From Octopus vulgaris (lineage: Eukaryota): 64,000 nucleotides of DNA. Of the stretch, positions 11,526 through 24,314 are shown one piece after another. The notes beneath the pieces were generated by a model. The model did no database searches and had not been told where the DNA came from. It worked only from the letters and a program-made list of their open reading frames with translations. The stretch covers positions 52,452,001 through 52,516,000 of the forward strand of contig OX597814.1 in the NCBI GenBank assembly GCA_951406725.2, read 5' to 3'. Positions within the stretch are counted from its first letter, which is position 1. Every line of letters starts with the position of its first letter. A program made the translations under genes and the position numbers.

Positions 11526-12664
11526 TTGGAATCTGTATGTTTTGAGTATCGTACGCACTAAATGTGAAAAGAAAGTTAAGGGGGCTCCCCCTTTTACGTA
11601 TATTTTCAGGTTTTACATTTTTTTTTGTTTATCATATTAATGTTCTGGAGTAGCTTAATCTACCATACCAACAAAAGTGTGCTCTCACCGACTTTGTTTC
11701 CAAATAATTTTCAGAAAAGGGGATATTTTTTAAATGAAATTATCTACAATGCTTTTCTGCTGGTGTTAATTACATTTATATCGTATAATTATATGGTGTA
11801 AATTACAACTATATGAAAGAAAATAAAATAAAGTAAGCAAGCGCACATACATATCGACACACATCAAATAATGTTTCTAAGTGCATCAGCATGGCTGCAG
11901 CTATGAGCTGAAACTACAGCAAAAAAAAAAAGTTGTATTTTGTAGATATGTCTGTCATACATGTCAGTATTTGTGCTCGCCCATCAATTTTTGTCTTTTT
12001 CTTTTCTTTCTTTTTTCCGCATTAAATTCCGGTATAATTGTAACCTGCACTATCTGAAAGGCATTTGTAGAAAATTTCATCTAAAAAAGTCCCGTTTTTC
12101 TGAAAACAGAGTCATAGTTGGGGGCACAATTGTGTAGGTATGCCCCTTAGACGTTCAAAATGGAGATCTCGGGAAAAATAATAAAGTCAAAGCTGAAAAA
12201 TTACGGAAGAGAGAGAGAGAGATTAAAAAATCACTCCTCCCATTTTTTTCTTTGTAGATTCGTAATCTATACTTAAATCATACATATCCGAATAAATTAT
12301 GCATTTTGGCACACTTGATGATTTGCGACTTTATTCTCTTAGAATGCAATAGAGACAGATTGATTGGAGGGGTGTGCAACGAATTGGTCACAGCGTGAAC
12401 ACATTAGCTAGATTGCCCTGCGATGTTCGCTCTGGCTACCTGCAGTCTGAGTTGAAATACTGCTGGAACTTTCGTCGGAGGGAAAAGAAATATTAACGGT
12501 ATGTTTTTATGAGCAGAAGGTGGAACTAAAGTGTGACCTGTGAGCATTACATGATGTATGTATATAATGTTATTTGTATAATGATATAGACCGAATGAGT
12601 TATTATTAAAAAATCTGCGTTGTTCAGAGAAGCCTGGTGCGCTGTCCATCAGGTGTCAGAATAC

Positions 12665-13490
12665 GAGGTACCAACCGAGCAGAAACCATTATGCCATGTT
12701 CATTGTGCAGAGTACTCTCAACTCTCTTACGGGATCTAGTAATAGCATTGCTATTTGATTTATAGTCAATCGCCTGTCATCCATCACCATGTGGTGGACA
12801 CAATCAATGTATTCCTTGATGGTGGCAGTTGCAGGACGTCCAGACTTTAGGTCATCTTCAAGATTCTCCATTCCCCTCCTAAATGTAGCAGACATATTAG
12901 CATGAATGTCATTGATCTTCCGTGAGCAAGCAGGACACAAATTTTGTTGCAATTCTTTTCATTTGCTAGTCCTTGCTCAAAATTTGTTGGCAGGAGCTCC
13001 AGGACACACCAGTCATATCAACAAGTTTGTCAATTGTTCGGTGGCGGTGCTCCAAGATCAGTTCATGAAGTTTCATGTTTTCATTCATTTGGGAGGTCAA
13101 TGGACGCCCTAAACGAGGTTGGTCTTCAAGCGACAAATGACAATTCGTAAAGCGTGAAAACCACTCATAAACTCGTGTTTTGCTCATGGCAGCGTCCTTC
13201 TAAGCTGTTAGAAGCATGACAGCTGTTTCGGCCTCTGTTTTCCCAAACAGAAAACAGAATTTCACGGGAGCACGCTGATCCCTCATTTCAGCCATCGCAA
13301 AAATTGACGAACAAGGGAGAAGCACTGCAAAGCAAAGATGCGCCATGTGACAGTAGAACTACACTCGACGACGCTGGTCAGCATACCGATGCCTGGGGTC
13401 ACATCAAGTGACTTCTAGCATCCGAAGCCTGAACTACAACAGGCCTGTCCCACAGAGAATATTTCTGGTTACTTTGGGGGTATCCCCTTG
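12665..13490 (-). mobile_element. Two fused mariner fragments
   Basis: ORFs LEDDLKSGRPATAT...DDRRLTINQIA and MSKTRVYEWFSRF...LEDQPRLGRP; terminal repeat ...ctggttactttgggggtatccccttg|TA ending at 13490. Confidence 0.85.
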
Positions 13491-13789
13491 TATGTATGAA
13501 TGCAAGGAAGGGGCGATCCAGTGTGTGAATACCGTGAAAAACAATTAGAGATCGGATTCCTTCAAGAGTTATGTCTCTTGTCCCAAAACCTGCATAAATG
13601 ATAACTGCCAACAGAGTGAGGTCAGGGAACAGGTGAAAAGGGACTGATATGTGTAGGAGTGTTGGAGGAAGGGGATTAGGTAAGTTTAAACTCGTGCTTT
13701 ACCAGACTTCAGGTTGTGGTGGTGGGAGGATTGAGTGAAGGAGCCCTAAGGTTTATAATCATGTTGGAGCCTGTTGGTAACAATCACAT

Positions 13790-15100
13790 TCTTTCATGTG
13801 GGTACAGGCAAAAAACTTCACTCTTGCAGGCTTGGATAAGTGTCCGGGTGAAGAGAGTTCTTCAAAACAGTTCTTTTCTCAGCTAGACATAACCTGCACT
13901 TCCTGCTTTTGTTGAAATTAGGCTTGCACTTCTTAGCACTCTCCACTTGATCTTGTAATCCATGGTGCTTTCCTCCAACGACCATGCATGCTAAGCCAGG
14001 GCTATTATATTCCACTTCTCATTAATATTAAAGGAGGACTTATGATTGTTATGGATGTATGTAGACAAAATCTCCTGGACTTTCTGTTGCACCCACATAC
14101 TCTCGCACATTTGACTGCCTGTTGGGGGTCATTTGGCGTCACTTGTGTCTCATATACAACGATCACGGTGTTGCAGCTGTCGTTGAGAGGTCATGTTGTG
14201 TTGCTGCTACTTGAACATCTTGTCTCTGTCTCTGACGTGGGTCCACCACCTAAAATTTTCAAGAGACTAGGTGTAAACTAAAAGAAACACTTAAAGCGTA
14301 TCTATTAAATATTTTATAGAACCTATTCATACAGGGAAGTGTATAGTCACTAAGCTAAGGTAGATCTTACCAATACAAGCCTTTACATTTTGGGAGAACA
14401 GGTGAGAACCACAATACCTTCCAGTTATGTTTTCTCTTGTTGGGGTTATGGTCACGTGTGTAATTAATCCTATCTTTAAAATCGGTGGCAGCCAGAGGCC
14501 TCATTGTGGTATGGAGCCGTGAGGTCGAAAGTCTCTTGTAAACAGATTGGAGAATCTTCTCCTGATCCCTTTCATAAGGTTCGCGAACACTATGGTTGGA
14601 AAAGGAAGCTATATTAATGTATGTCAGTTTGTCATTCGGCTTCTTAAAAGCACCAGATTCTAACTTTAAGGTCACATCAAGGAAATTATCTGTCTTTTGG
14701 TTGGTTTCTATAGTAACCGGGAAGCCTAGGGAATTCAAGGTCCTTCCTAAGCCTAGCGAGTATGTGGGCCACCAATGTTGCCTAAGCTAGTTGAAGGGAA
14801 TTTCTTATTAAGTAAATCTAAAATAAAAATGCCAACGAGGTCACACACATCAGCGTTGTCGAAAGCACCATTCGCTACGTCGAAGAAGTCTTTTAAATCG
14901 GTGCGCTTGGCCCAGGCCAGTCCGTTGAAAAGCAGGGATTTTTTGTTTTTTTGTATGTGTGTATGATAATGCCTCTGTCCTCATCTGTAATCTCATTGTG
15001 TGCGTGTGCACTGGCGTAGTTAGTGGGGGCGGCACGTTTCATCTTGTAGGCTATTGCTGTAGGCATTATGTGTTTTTTGTGGGGTTCAGGGCTGCCCCGG
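13790..15100 (-). mobile_element. Penelope-like retroelement relic (RT thumb plus GIY-YIG region)
   Basis: NFLDVTLKL...KKPNDKLTYINIASFSNH, KVLWFSP, PLNDSCNTVIVVY and KCRLCLAEK motifs in the PLE order; frameshifted. Confidence 0.8.
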
Positions 15101-15335
15101 GTAGCACACACTCTAGTGTGTGTATGTGCATGTTATGTGGAATTGAGGTCTAACTGATTGAATGCGTATCGTTTTCGTTTGTTCACTCACTGCGTGTATA
15201 CATGTGTATATGTATACTGTTTTCTCTCTCTCTCTCTTTCTCTTTCCCATCACCGCTTATGAAATCTGGCTGACGTTTTTTTCATTGTCTGGCCGTTGCC
15301 ACCTCTCTGACACTTTTTTCTACTTCCCTTTTTCA

Positions 15336-15366
<31 letters not shown>

Positions 15367-15600
15367 TACACACATGTACACACACTAAATCCCGTTTATA
15401 TTTACTTCTACACCCGTTGATGTTTCTCCGCTCCAACGAAGGATTCTCTTCAAAACGTCACGTTTCCCTACTTCTCTGCGGCCTAAAAATTCTGTTTAAA
15501 TCTATATGTATCATCTTTTAACAACACTGAACATCTCTACTTCCCTCGGATTCTACTGTTTTACTATACTAGTGCATTTCTTATTGCCATATTCATAACT

Positions 15601-16515
15601 ATGGAAGTTGATATTGCAAGTGCGAAAACTGGGAAATGTATTGTTTCCTTCAGTAACCTCAAACCTCTATCGACAGTGAAAGATGTTAAAAAGGAATATA
15701 AGAAATTCAGTCCGAAATTGGCATTTGAAAGACAATCATTTCGTAAAGAAGCGCGAGGCAGGCTTCTTAGAGATGACGAAACACTAGCAAGTTTGGGATT
15801 CAACAAGAAAGCTGTCCTTTACTTCAAAGACCTTGGTCCTCAAATAGGATGGACCACAGTATTTCTCGCAGAATATGCTGGACCCCTTTTTATCTATGCA
15901 TTCTTTTATATTCGTCCTAGTTTTATTTATGGACAGAATGCTTTGGACGAACCTCGTGCCTTCGTAGTGGATCTCGCTGCCGGTTGTTGGTGCTTTCATT
16001 ATGGCAAAAGACTACTGGAGACCCTGTTTGTACACCGATTTTCTCATGCAACCATGCCTATTCGCAATATTTTCAAGAATTGTGGGTACTACTGGGGCTT
16101 CTCGGCTTACATTGCTTATTATATGAATCATCCTCTGTACACTCCACCTACCTTCGGTAACAAACAAATATATACAGGTCTTGCACTTTTTATCCTCTCA
16201 GAAATCGGTAATTTTTCTATTCATATTGCACTACGCAACCTCCGGCCCCGCAATTCTACGCGGCGGTTGATACCTTATCCGGGCCTGAACCCTTTCACTT
16301 GGCTCTTCCATCTCGTTAGCTGCCCAAACTACACCTACGAGGTGTTTGCTTGGATCGGTTTTACAGCGATGACACAGTGTGTTCCTGTCGGACTCTTCAC
16401 CCTGGCAGGTTTCTATCAAATGACTGTATGGTCTTTCAACAAACTTGTAAATTACAAAAGAGAATTTAGTGATTTTCCTCGAAACCGTACTGCCATTATC
16501 CCTTTTATTTTATAA
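15601..16515 (+). CDS. TECR: Very-long-chain (trans-2,3-)enoyl-CoA reductase, single-exon CDS
   Basis: 304-aa ORF: ubiquitin-like N-terminus, FKDLGPQIGWTTVFLAEYAGP, KRLLETLFVHRFSHATMP, VSCPNYTYE, C-terminal AIIPFIL. Confidence 0.95.
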   Translation: MEVDIASAKTGKCIVSFSNLKPLSTVKDVKKEYKKFSPKLAFERQSFRKEARGRLLRDDETLASLGFNKKAVLYFKDLGPQIGWTTVFLAEYAGPLFIYAFFYIRPSFIYGQNALDEPRAFVVDLAAGCWCFHYGKRLLETLFVHRFSHATMPIRNIFKNCGYYWGFSAYIAYYMNHPLYTPPTFGNKQIYTGLALFILSEIGNFSIHIALRNLRPRNSTRRLIPYPGLNPFTWLFHLVSCPNYTYEVFAWIGFTAMTQCVPVGLFTLAGFYQMTVWSFNKLVNYKREFSDFPRNRTAIIPFIL

Positions 16516-19089
16516 TCCATTTATGTATCTTTATATTGTCCTTCACGGGCTCAATAACATTTCCATCCCATCCCCATCTATGTTTCTAATCTATACATGT
16601 TTCATTTTATACTTGTTTTGCCTTACCGTTGACTATTTATTTAATTGTTCGTCGATCCTAATGAAAGTTGTTTCGTTTTTATTACTTTTTTCCCCAAAAT
16701 TTTAATTTTAGCTGATAAAAATATGAAACAAAACATAATTATGACAATATTAAACATACATGAAGAATTACAAAAATGCAGGGAATACTTGTAGATATTT
16801 GCTATTCCATTCATTTTCTCTCCACGTAGTTCCTTCATTTACGATGGGTAAAGTAGTTGAATTGTTCTACAACCCTCTTGCAGAGAGATTCAAAAGACTG
16901 GATAAATATTATTCTTATTAACAAAATTTCCGTCATATATGTAAATTCCATCACCTCCAGTTTGGTCTGTTTGGACACAAGCAGATCATTAAATCGGACA
17001 TTATTCGATTCTGGTAGAATGTTTTGTTTTCTGAGTGGCTCTTAAGCGGCCCTGAAAAAAAAAATCCACCGCTTAACCAATACCCTCTAAAGCGAACTAT
17101 TCTACCAACATATCCGTAGTTTTAGTTCTAACTCCATCAATTCCTTTGAAATTATTATCAATCCATTCACAATAAATGTCTTTATGACAGCAACGTCCGT
17201 CTTTCACTTTCAGTTTCAACATGCTAACTAATTTTGTGTTGTATATCTGTTACGAAGCATACTGGCATGAAATTTTAAAATTTTGAATCGGACCATCAAA
17301 TAATATTTTTGAAAATTGTACATTCAGACTATTAGTTCTGTAATGTCTGCTAATTCAATTGTGTATGTGTTGTTAAGGGCGTTTAAGAAAATCGTGTCCC
17401 ATAACCCGCTTTCCACCTCCTTATTTGCTACAAAACAGCAGAAAATAAGTAAGTTTAAAGAAGCTGAAACAACGTGGCGAGTTGGGCTATGAAACCATAT
17501 ATATATATATATAATATACTCTTCAAGTCACAAGATCAAATGTAATTTCTTATTGGATGGATTTGAGACATCATTTTCAAAACAATGCCTTAAACTAAAG
17601 GAGAAACTAACATTAAAAAGAAAAACTTGTAAAACGCAACAAAGAAGTAGCTGGAATATTGTTTATCAAGATCATGGATAATGTTTACTTTCCGTGACTA
17701 TGAGTTTCAGATCATTTTCCCACTGAAACGCTGAACATTTGGCTGTAGTTTTTATATACGCATAAAACCAACTTTTCGGATTGAGTAAACATTTGTTGTT
17801 TCACAGTGTTATCTTTCTTATCTCTGATATTTTGTATATTCGTTTGATGAATTAAAAAGAAATCATTTATAACCCATCTATGTGATGCATTTATTTCTTT
17901 TGTACAATGTTTAGACATGCATTCATTCACATGTACGTCATTTGTCGACACCTTTGTAGATAAGTAATATATTTGCTTCACCAGCCTCCACGTTGTCCGA
18001 ATGTAAACGAGATGCAATTAGAAGATTCACAATGCTTTCTCCAACTTTCAGATCTCAGCAAAAAAAGATAAACAAAACACTAATTAATTTTAAGGTGCAT
18101 ATTTATATAGCCAAGTGGACTGTTGACATTTCTAATTTGGTTCTGAGAAGACAGCAGTATTCCTGTGGCTACCTCAACACCAATTATTCTATTAATTGAT
18201 TTTTATTATCTTTACTGTCTAAACCATGAACTTCTAGTGGATATTCTACAAGTCCTATTATATGTTGAACTAACTTTATTCAGTATTCACTGTAGTTTTG
18301 TGAATATATTATTTTTTTTCTTAAAGTGCTAATTTAAATTTGTTAGCTATGTTACTGATTATTATAATTTCCTATTTTGTACCCCTATTTTAAAGTATTT
18401 TTCACGAAAGATCGCCTTTTCTGTGTGACAAAGTACTACAATATTTTGTTTCCAGCACTAAATAGATAAACCTAACAAACCGCTCAAATCATCACGCAAA
18501 AAATAGTGTGTGATGCTGGTGATTTTTACTGTTATAAATTTCTCTAAGTATGTACTTTTTGTGTTTTCTGTCAGCCTCTAAACCAGTCATTGGAAAACTA
18601 ACCCTAGGGACTTTCTAAATGGCATACCTAAAAATTACCTTGAATTTTTTTTAGTCGTGCAGTTCACCTGATGATAAACCATGTCTCACATGGCTTGCTT
18701 CTCAAAGAAGTTACCCATTGTTGCTATAAACCCTGTCTCATTACTAGGAACAATTTATTTTATTATTGATGAATTTTAATTTATTGCATTTTTTAAATTG
18801 GTTTAATGCAGTAGAATTAAGTATTCCATTTTAGTAATTTGTTGTTCCAAAAGTCAACCATCTCTATCTGAGGAAGAAAACTTTATGATGTTTTACTGTT
18901 TCTTGTTATTTATACTTAACCTCTTTCTATTTTCCTTGTGGAATTAAATCTGATGACATTTTCCAATTTTCTATGTTTCTATTTATTTGTCCCTCTTTCT
19001 CCACTTCTCTGGCATGGTTAAATTGAGTTTTTGTAGTTGTTCTTTATAATGCAGGATTCTTATTTCTTGAATTAATTTACTCAATCTTC

Positions 19090-20100
19090 TCTGAACTTTT
19101 TCTGAAGCATAAATCTATAAAGATGGAGACAGAACAACATACTCCAACATGGTCTCACATATGCTGTTCAGGTATACCCAACATGTGATACCATTTGTAC
19201 AATATCAAGAATGACACCCAACATGTAATCAAAACAGCATTTGGTTGACCTTTCTTAGTGCTTGAAAAATGGCTTCTAAATTTCATATTTCTTGTTATTA
19301 TACTCACAAATCCTTTTCCTAACTTAAAATCATTAAGTTCTTATATTAAATATCTTATGCTCTGCTTAAATATTACCACAACTAAAATTCACTGCTTTGA
19401 ATTTATCTGTTAAATTTCCATAATTATGACCAAATCATTTTGAAGAATATCTGTTCTCTCAGTTCTATTATAAATTTCATTATCTGCAGACAACAAATTC
19501 ATTTTATATCTCTCAAGAAGTTGCTTACAAATACTAGGAGTTGAGCTGGTCCTGGGATTGATCTCTGTGGCATTCCACTTCTCACATTAAGCCACTTTGA
19601 CTGTTTATTTACCAAATACACATATTGTCTTCTGTTGGTTAAATATGCATCCATTCAGCCTAGAACATTGCTATGTAACACATGTTTATTAAGTTTATAT
19701 AATAGCATTTGGAGTGGTACAATATCAGATTCTTCTTCATTATCAAAGTACACAACATCAAAAGGTCTACTGCTATTATATATATATATATTTGTCTAGT
19801 CTTTGTTTCCAGCAAATTTATCTAGCATGTTGGCATTTAGTTGTTGGTCCATTATTTATAAAAAGTTTTGAAACCTCTTCTTCATAAATATTTGTTTACA
19901 AGAGTTCAACAGCTTGTAAAGTTAGTGTCACAGCCCTATAACTATTTTGTCTTTTTCTTACCTTCTTTCTTTTATTAATTTTATAGTTTTTATGGATTTG
20001 TTAAACAAAATCATAAGTGGTTCCATCAATTTCCTTGCTCCTTCTTAAAGAAATCTTTGAGAAAATACCTAAACCTTTATATATATTCAGGTTATTTAGC
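19090..20100 (-). mobile_element. Decayed CR1/L2-type LINE reverse transcriptase
   Basis: Minus-strand relic motifs DVVYFD...DIVP..LLYKL, SGMPQRSIPGP (GVPQGSVLGP-like) and SADN (FADD-like). Confidence 0.65.
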
Positions 20101-22228
20101 AATCTGAAAATTATTTTCTACAATAAACAATATTTTAATTTTTGTTTTGATTATGTGTTCCCCTTTCAATTACTTTTCAGAACATTCTAGAATCCTTTTG
20201 TACTTGTGATCTACAAAAGAAGATAAAAATAGAAAAATGGCTTCAATAGACTTCAAGGAAACTGACTTCTTTTGTTGACTATCAAGTTTTGTTTGCTTTA
20301 AGTGCAACAACATTTAGTACTGAAATATGAAGCACGAATTGACACATTTATGTGATGTGCAGATGAATCATCTAATCTGCATATAATAAAACAGTTAATG
20401 AAGACAATGACTATTGAGATTACTATCTTAATTGCATGTATATATGGTGTGTATTTGCATGTATGCATATGAGTATATGTCTGCAAATTTATTTTCCTTT
20501 TGCAATCTAGTTTTTATTAATGATATAATTTTAATCAATATTTAAAAAATGCTTGTTCTCCTATAAACCATTACTGTGAATATCCTAATTTCATTTTAAG
20601 GTTTAATGATAATCCAGATTATCTATGTTGTAAACCTGTATTGGTTATCTGAAGCTTAGTTTTAGATTACAGTAGATTTAGATTAAACCTTGTCACTAAA
20701 TCTTCATTGTAACATAATACTGATTTCTTTAGTACTAATGTTATTTTCCAAGCCATGAAGAAAATTAGACAATTTAATGACCTTTGTAAATTTTATGAAT
20801 ATATCCATTCTGGTGTGAATGAATAGTGTATAGAAGCTAATCAATGGTCTCAGCAAGGAATTAAATATACTAGTAGGTATCCACCAGGTGTTTCTTTTCA
20901 TTCCTTTTCCCTTCATATTTTTTTGTTTTAGTTTTTAAGGATATAATAAATGAATTCAAGAGTGGATGTCCTGATGACATAATTTTTATTGAAAAATCAA
21001 ATTAAAAAAACTATTAAAAAATGTGTTTGGAACTTGCATGTGTAGCCTTCTGTCAAAAGGCTTGAAGGGAAACATGGTCAAGATTAAAATATTGCTTTAT
21101 AATACATTGTTAGAGCTCAACAAGATTAAAGAGAGAGATAAGTTTATGTATTATACTTTAAAGGAGTAGATAGGCAACAGGCATACTGTAGTCAGTTGAA
21201 TAATTGGTAAACACAAGGCAGAGAGGGATTTCTGGTAAAATGAAAAACATTCAGCAGACATGTAAAAGAGGCTTACAGTATGAATAATTGCATACCAGTA
21301 TCTGTTGTCTACTGGTATATGACATATGTGGTCCAATTCCCATAGGCTATTCTGTCCACTTTTTCCCAATGTCAAAAGGATATTTTTCATGAGATAAAAC
21401 TATTTATATCTCTATTTGCACTGTAGTAGCTCCTTTAAAAAAATAACGTATTTTCAAATTTCTCATTGTTTTAAGCAAACCAAGAATGTGTGTGTAACTT
21501 AACCACTTGGCAAAAAGAGACTGATTGAATAAATACCAGGTTTAAGTAAAATTAAAGTGATGTTCCAGCAAGTAAAAGAGGAATAAAGCTAAGTGCTTTA
21601 TGGATGTAAAACCATTGATCACTCTATGACTAGACATATTTCACTTCATGTAAATATATTACTGCTCTAACTTTTAGAGTATGCTTCTTTTTTAGGTATA
21701 TGATCCACTGATGATATCTGTGTATGTGTGTGTGTGTGCATATGTGTGTGTAAATATGGACTCTTAGATGACTTACATGCGTGCGTGCGCACACACACAA
21801 TCATGGTTTTAATGCTCAATTTTCCATGGTAGCATGGATCACACAGTTTGAAGATAAGCACAAACACATGCACATAATTATTATATATATGTATGGATTT
21901 GCACTTTCTGTCTGCAGTTTCATTCACAAGGCATTGGTTGCTCACATTCTGTTGAGTGAATTAAAACTCTGATGAATAGATGAATAAATGAAACATATAG
22001 ACAAAGGTAAAAATACAAACAAGCACTTTTGTGAGATGATGCCAAGCAGATGTGTAACGTTTGAGTCATTTACTGTTCCCCCATTCCAAATAAAACATCT
22101 GTCTTCAGAAGAATTGAAAAGAAGAAAAATCAGCATTATCTTGACATTGAACATCACTTGACAAGCTTTTTTGGGGGCATGATGACATTGAATGCTTCCA
22201 TTGTCTTGATTGATGCTTTGTTTTGCAG

Positions 22229-22630
22229 GTCGTAGCCATATTACCAGCTTGGACGTTATCAAAGAAGCTTGAGAGGCGGTTGGATGGAACCTACACTCGC
22301 CTCCTTATGAGAGCTCAAAATCTCTCGTGGAAGTGCCATCCAACCAAAATGCAAATATATGGGAAACTACCACCTGTGTCATCTCTTGTGAAAGGTAGGA
22401 GAGACCAGTTTGCTGGACATTGTTGTAGAGCTGAAAAAGAAGTAATTTCTACTCTTCTCTGGAAGCCATCTACTCGCAATACCAGAGGGCGCACACTCTC
22501 CTACCCTGATGTAATCTCCAGGGATACAGGCATCCAGCAACAGGACCTCCGTAATGCTATGATGGACCGTGAAGTCTGGCATAACATAGTAAATTCCATT
22601 GTCTCGACCACGGTCGAACAATGATGATGA
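22229..22630 (+). mobile_element. 5'-truncated RTE-type LINE 3' end with (TGA)n tail
   Basis: Open frame AWTLSKKLERRLDGTYTRLLMRA...QFAGHC...AMMDREVW, then a stop within an atgatgatga tail. Confidence 0.8.
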
Positions 22631-23258
22631 CCAGCTTTTGTCACCAGTGATGACCTTCAAAAAAAGGTTCGGATCAACTTCCAACTCTTCTTTCAGTTCA
22701 GTCATGACTGCTTTTGATCTTCCATGAGCAAGCAAGGCACAAATCTTTCATTCACAATTCCTCATTCAAACTTCATTGGCGGGAGCTCCAGGATACACTA
22801 GTCATATCAACAAGTTTGTCATTTGTTTGGCGACGGTCCTCCAAAGTCAGTTCACAAATTTTTGTGATGTTTTCATTTATTCAGGAGGTCAATGGTTGCC
22901 CTGAATGAGGTTGGTCTTCAAGTAACTAGTGAACATTCCTAAAGCATGAAAACCATACATAAACTTTTGTTATGCTCATGGCAGCATCCTTGTAAGCTTT
23001 TTGAAACATGACAAATGTTTCAGTTGCTATTTTCCCCAGAAGAAAACAGAATTTCATGGAAGCATGTTGTTCCTTCATTTCTGCCATCACAAAAATCTAT
23101 GAACAGGGGAGAAGCACTACAAAACAAAGCACTCAACAGTGCTGATTGGCAGACTGATGCCTAAGGGTCACATCAAGTGGCTTCTAGCAGTGGAAGCCTG
23201 AACTACAATGGACTTGTCTCACAGAGAACGTTTCTGGTTACTTTTGGGTACCCCCTTG
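22631..23258 (-). mobile_element. Mariner fragment, same family as 12915-13490
   Basis: Colinear similarity to 12940-13490; FLKVITGDKSW (first catalytic Asp motif); terminal repeat ends cccccttg|TA. Confidence 0.85.
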
Positions 23259-23284
23259 TATATCCCTCTAAACCCACTTACATA

Positions 23285-23626
23285 TAAAGAATAAAAAGTT
23301 TTGAATGGTACAATGCACTATAATACAAACAATGGTCTATATGCCTGTTGTAATTTCATCATCCATAGTCTAATAATATTTTGGAATAAAATTTCTTCTC
23401 CAGATATTCTTAGATGGTGTCGCTGCTATAATCGGTTTTCCAATGGCTTTTTGGGAGGGGAAGCCATTGGAAAACCATTATAGCAGTGAGTCCATCTATG
23501 AATACTTGAAGAAGAAATTTTATTCCAAAATATTATTAGACCATAGATGACTAAATTACAACAGGTATATAGACCATTGTTTGTATTATAGTGCATTGTT
23601 GTACCATTCAAATTTTTTATTCTTTA
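23285..23626. repeat. Fold-back palindrome, ~165-bp arms, 11-nt loop
   Basis: Arms are reverse complements around tttgggagggg; this produces the mirror ORFs 23301+ and 23426-. Confidence 0.92.
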
Positions 23627-23717
23627 CAAACAGTACACAATGCTTCAAGTGAACTGCAGTACTCTCCTCTCACTTATATATATATATCATTTATATATAT
23701 ATATATATATATATATA

Positions 23718-24313
23718 GGCAAAATTGATAGAGGTCACAAAAGTTATGGAGAGTGCTGCCTAGCACCGCTTGTTCTAAAATAAGAGTTAACGCCAAAGCC
23801 ACAGACGAGGGGAGGTAAGTCCCTAGCATATATAGCTGTATCGCAATTTCGAATTTTGGTGTAGACTACCTCAATTCTCATCAGCGGCTCTTAAAACCTA
23901 GAATTAAACTCAACTTCTTTTTTCAATCTTATAAGAAAAACTGTTAAAATCATGTACTAATTTTCAAAATGGTAAAAGTGTAAACAACAAATTAAAAGGG
24001 TGGCTTATTAGCAATTAGAATCTAAAGGCAAAATTAACAGAGGTCACAAAAGTGACAGAGGATGCTAAATATAAGAGTTAAATTAACTCCAAAGCCACTA
24101 ACGCACTTAATGACTGACACAGGGAGGTAAATCCCTAGCATATATAGCTATCACAATTTCAAATTTTGGTGTTCACCATTTTAATTCTCATCAGTGGTTC
24201 TTAATGCCTAGGGTTAAACTCAAACTTCCTTTGTCAATGTTATAAGAAAACCCATTGAAATCATGTACTGATTTTCAAAATGGTAAAGGTATAAACAACA
24301 AATTAAAAGGGTG
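23718..24313. repeat. Tandem duplication of a ~300-bp unit
   Basis: ggcaaaatt...gaggtcacaaaagt...taaacaacaaattaaaagggtg at 23718-24002 and 24027-24313. Confidence 0.9.
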
Positions 24314-24314
24314 A

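Noticed and set aside
17400-18200. Possible extra plus-strand transcript (gtaagt donor ~17449, acceptor ~18051)
   Set aside because: No coding similarity; such splice-like motifs are frequent by chance.
20598-20660. C/D-box snoRNA-like segment (atgataa...ctga with a weak terminal stem)
   Set aside because: Imperfect C box, too short, no recognisable rRNA guide or host gene.
23301-23611. Pair of similar 60-aa ORFs on opposite strands
   Set aside because: Artefact of the palindrome; no protein family resemblance.
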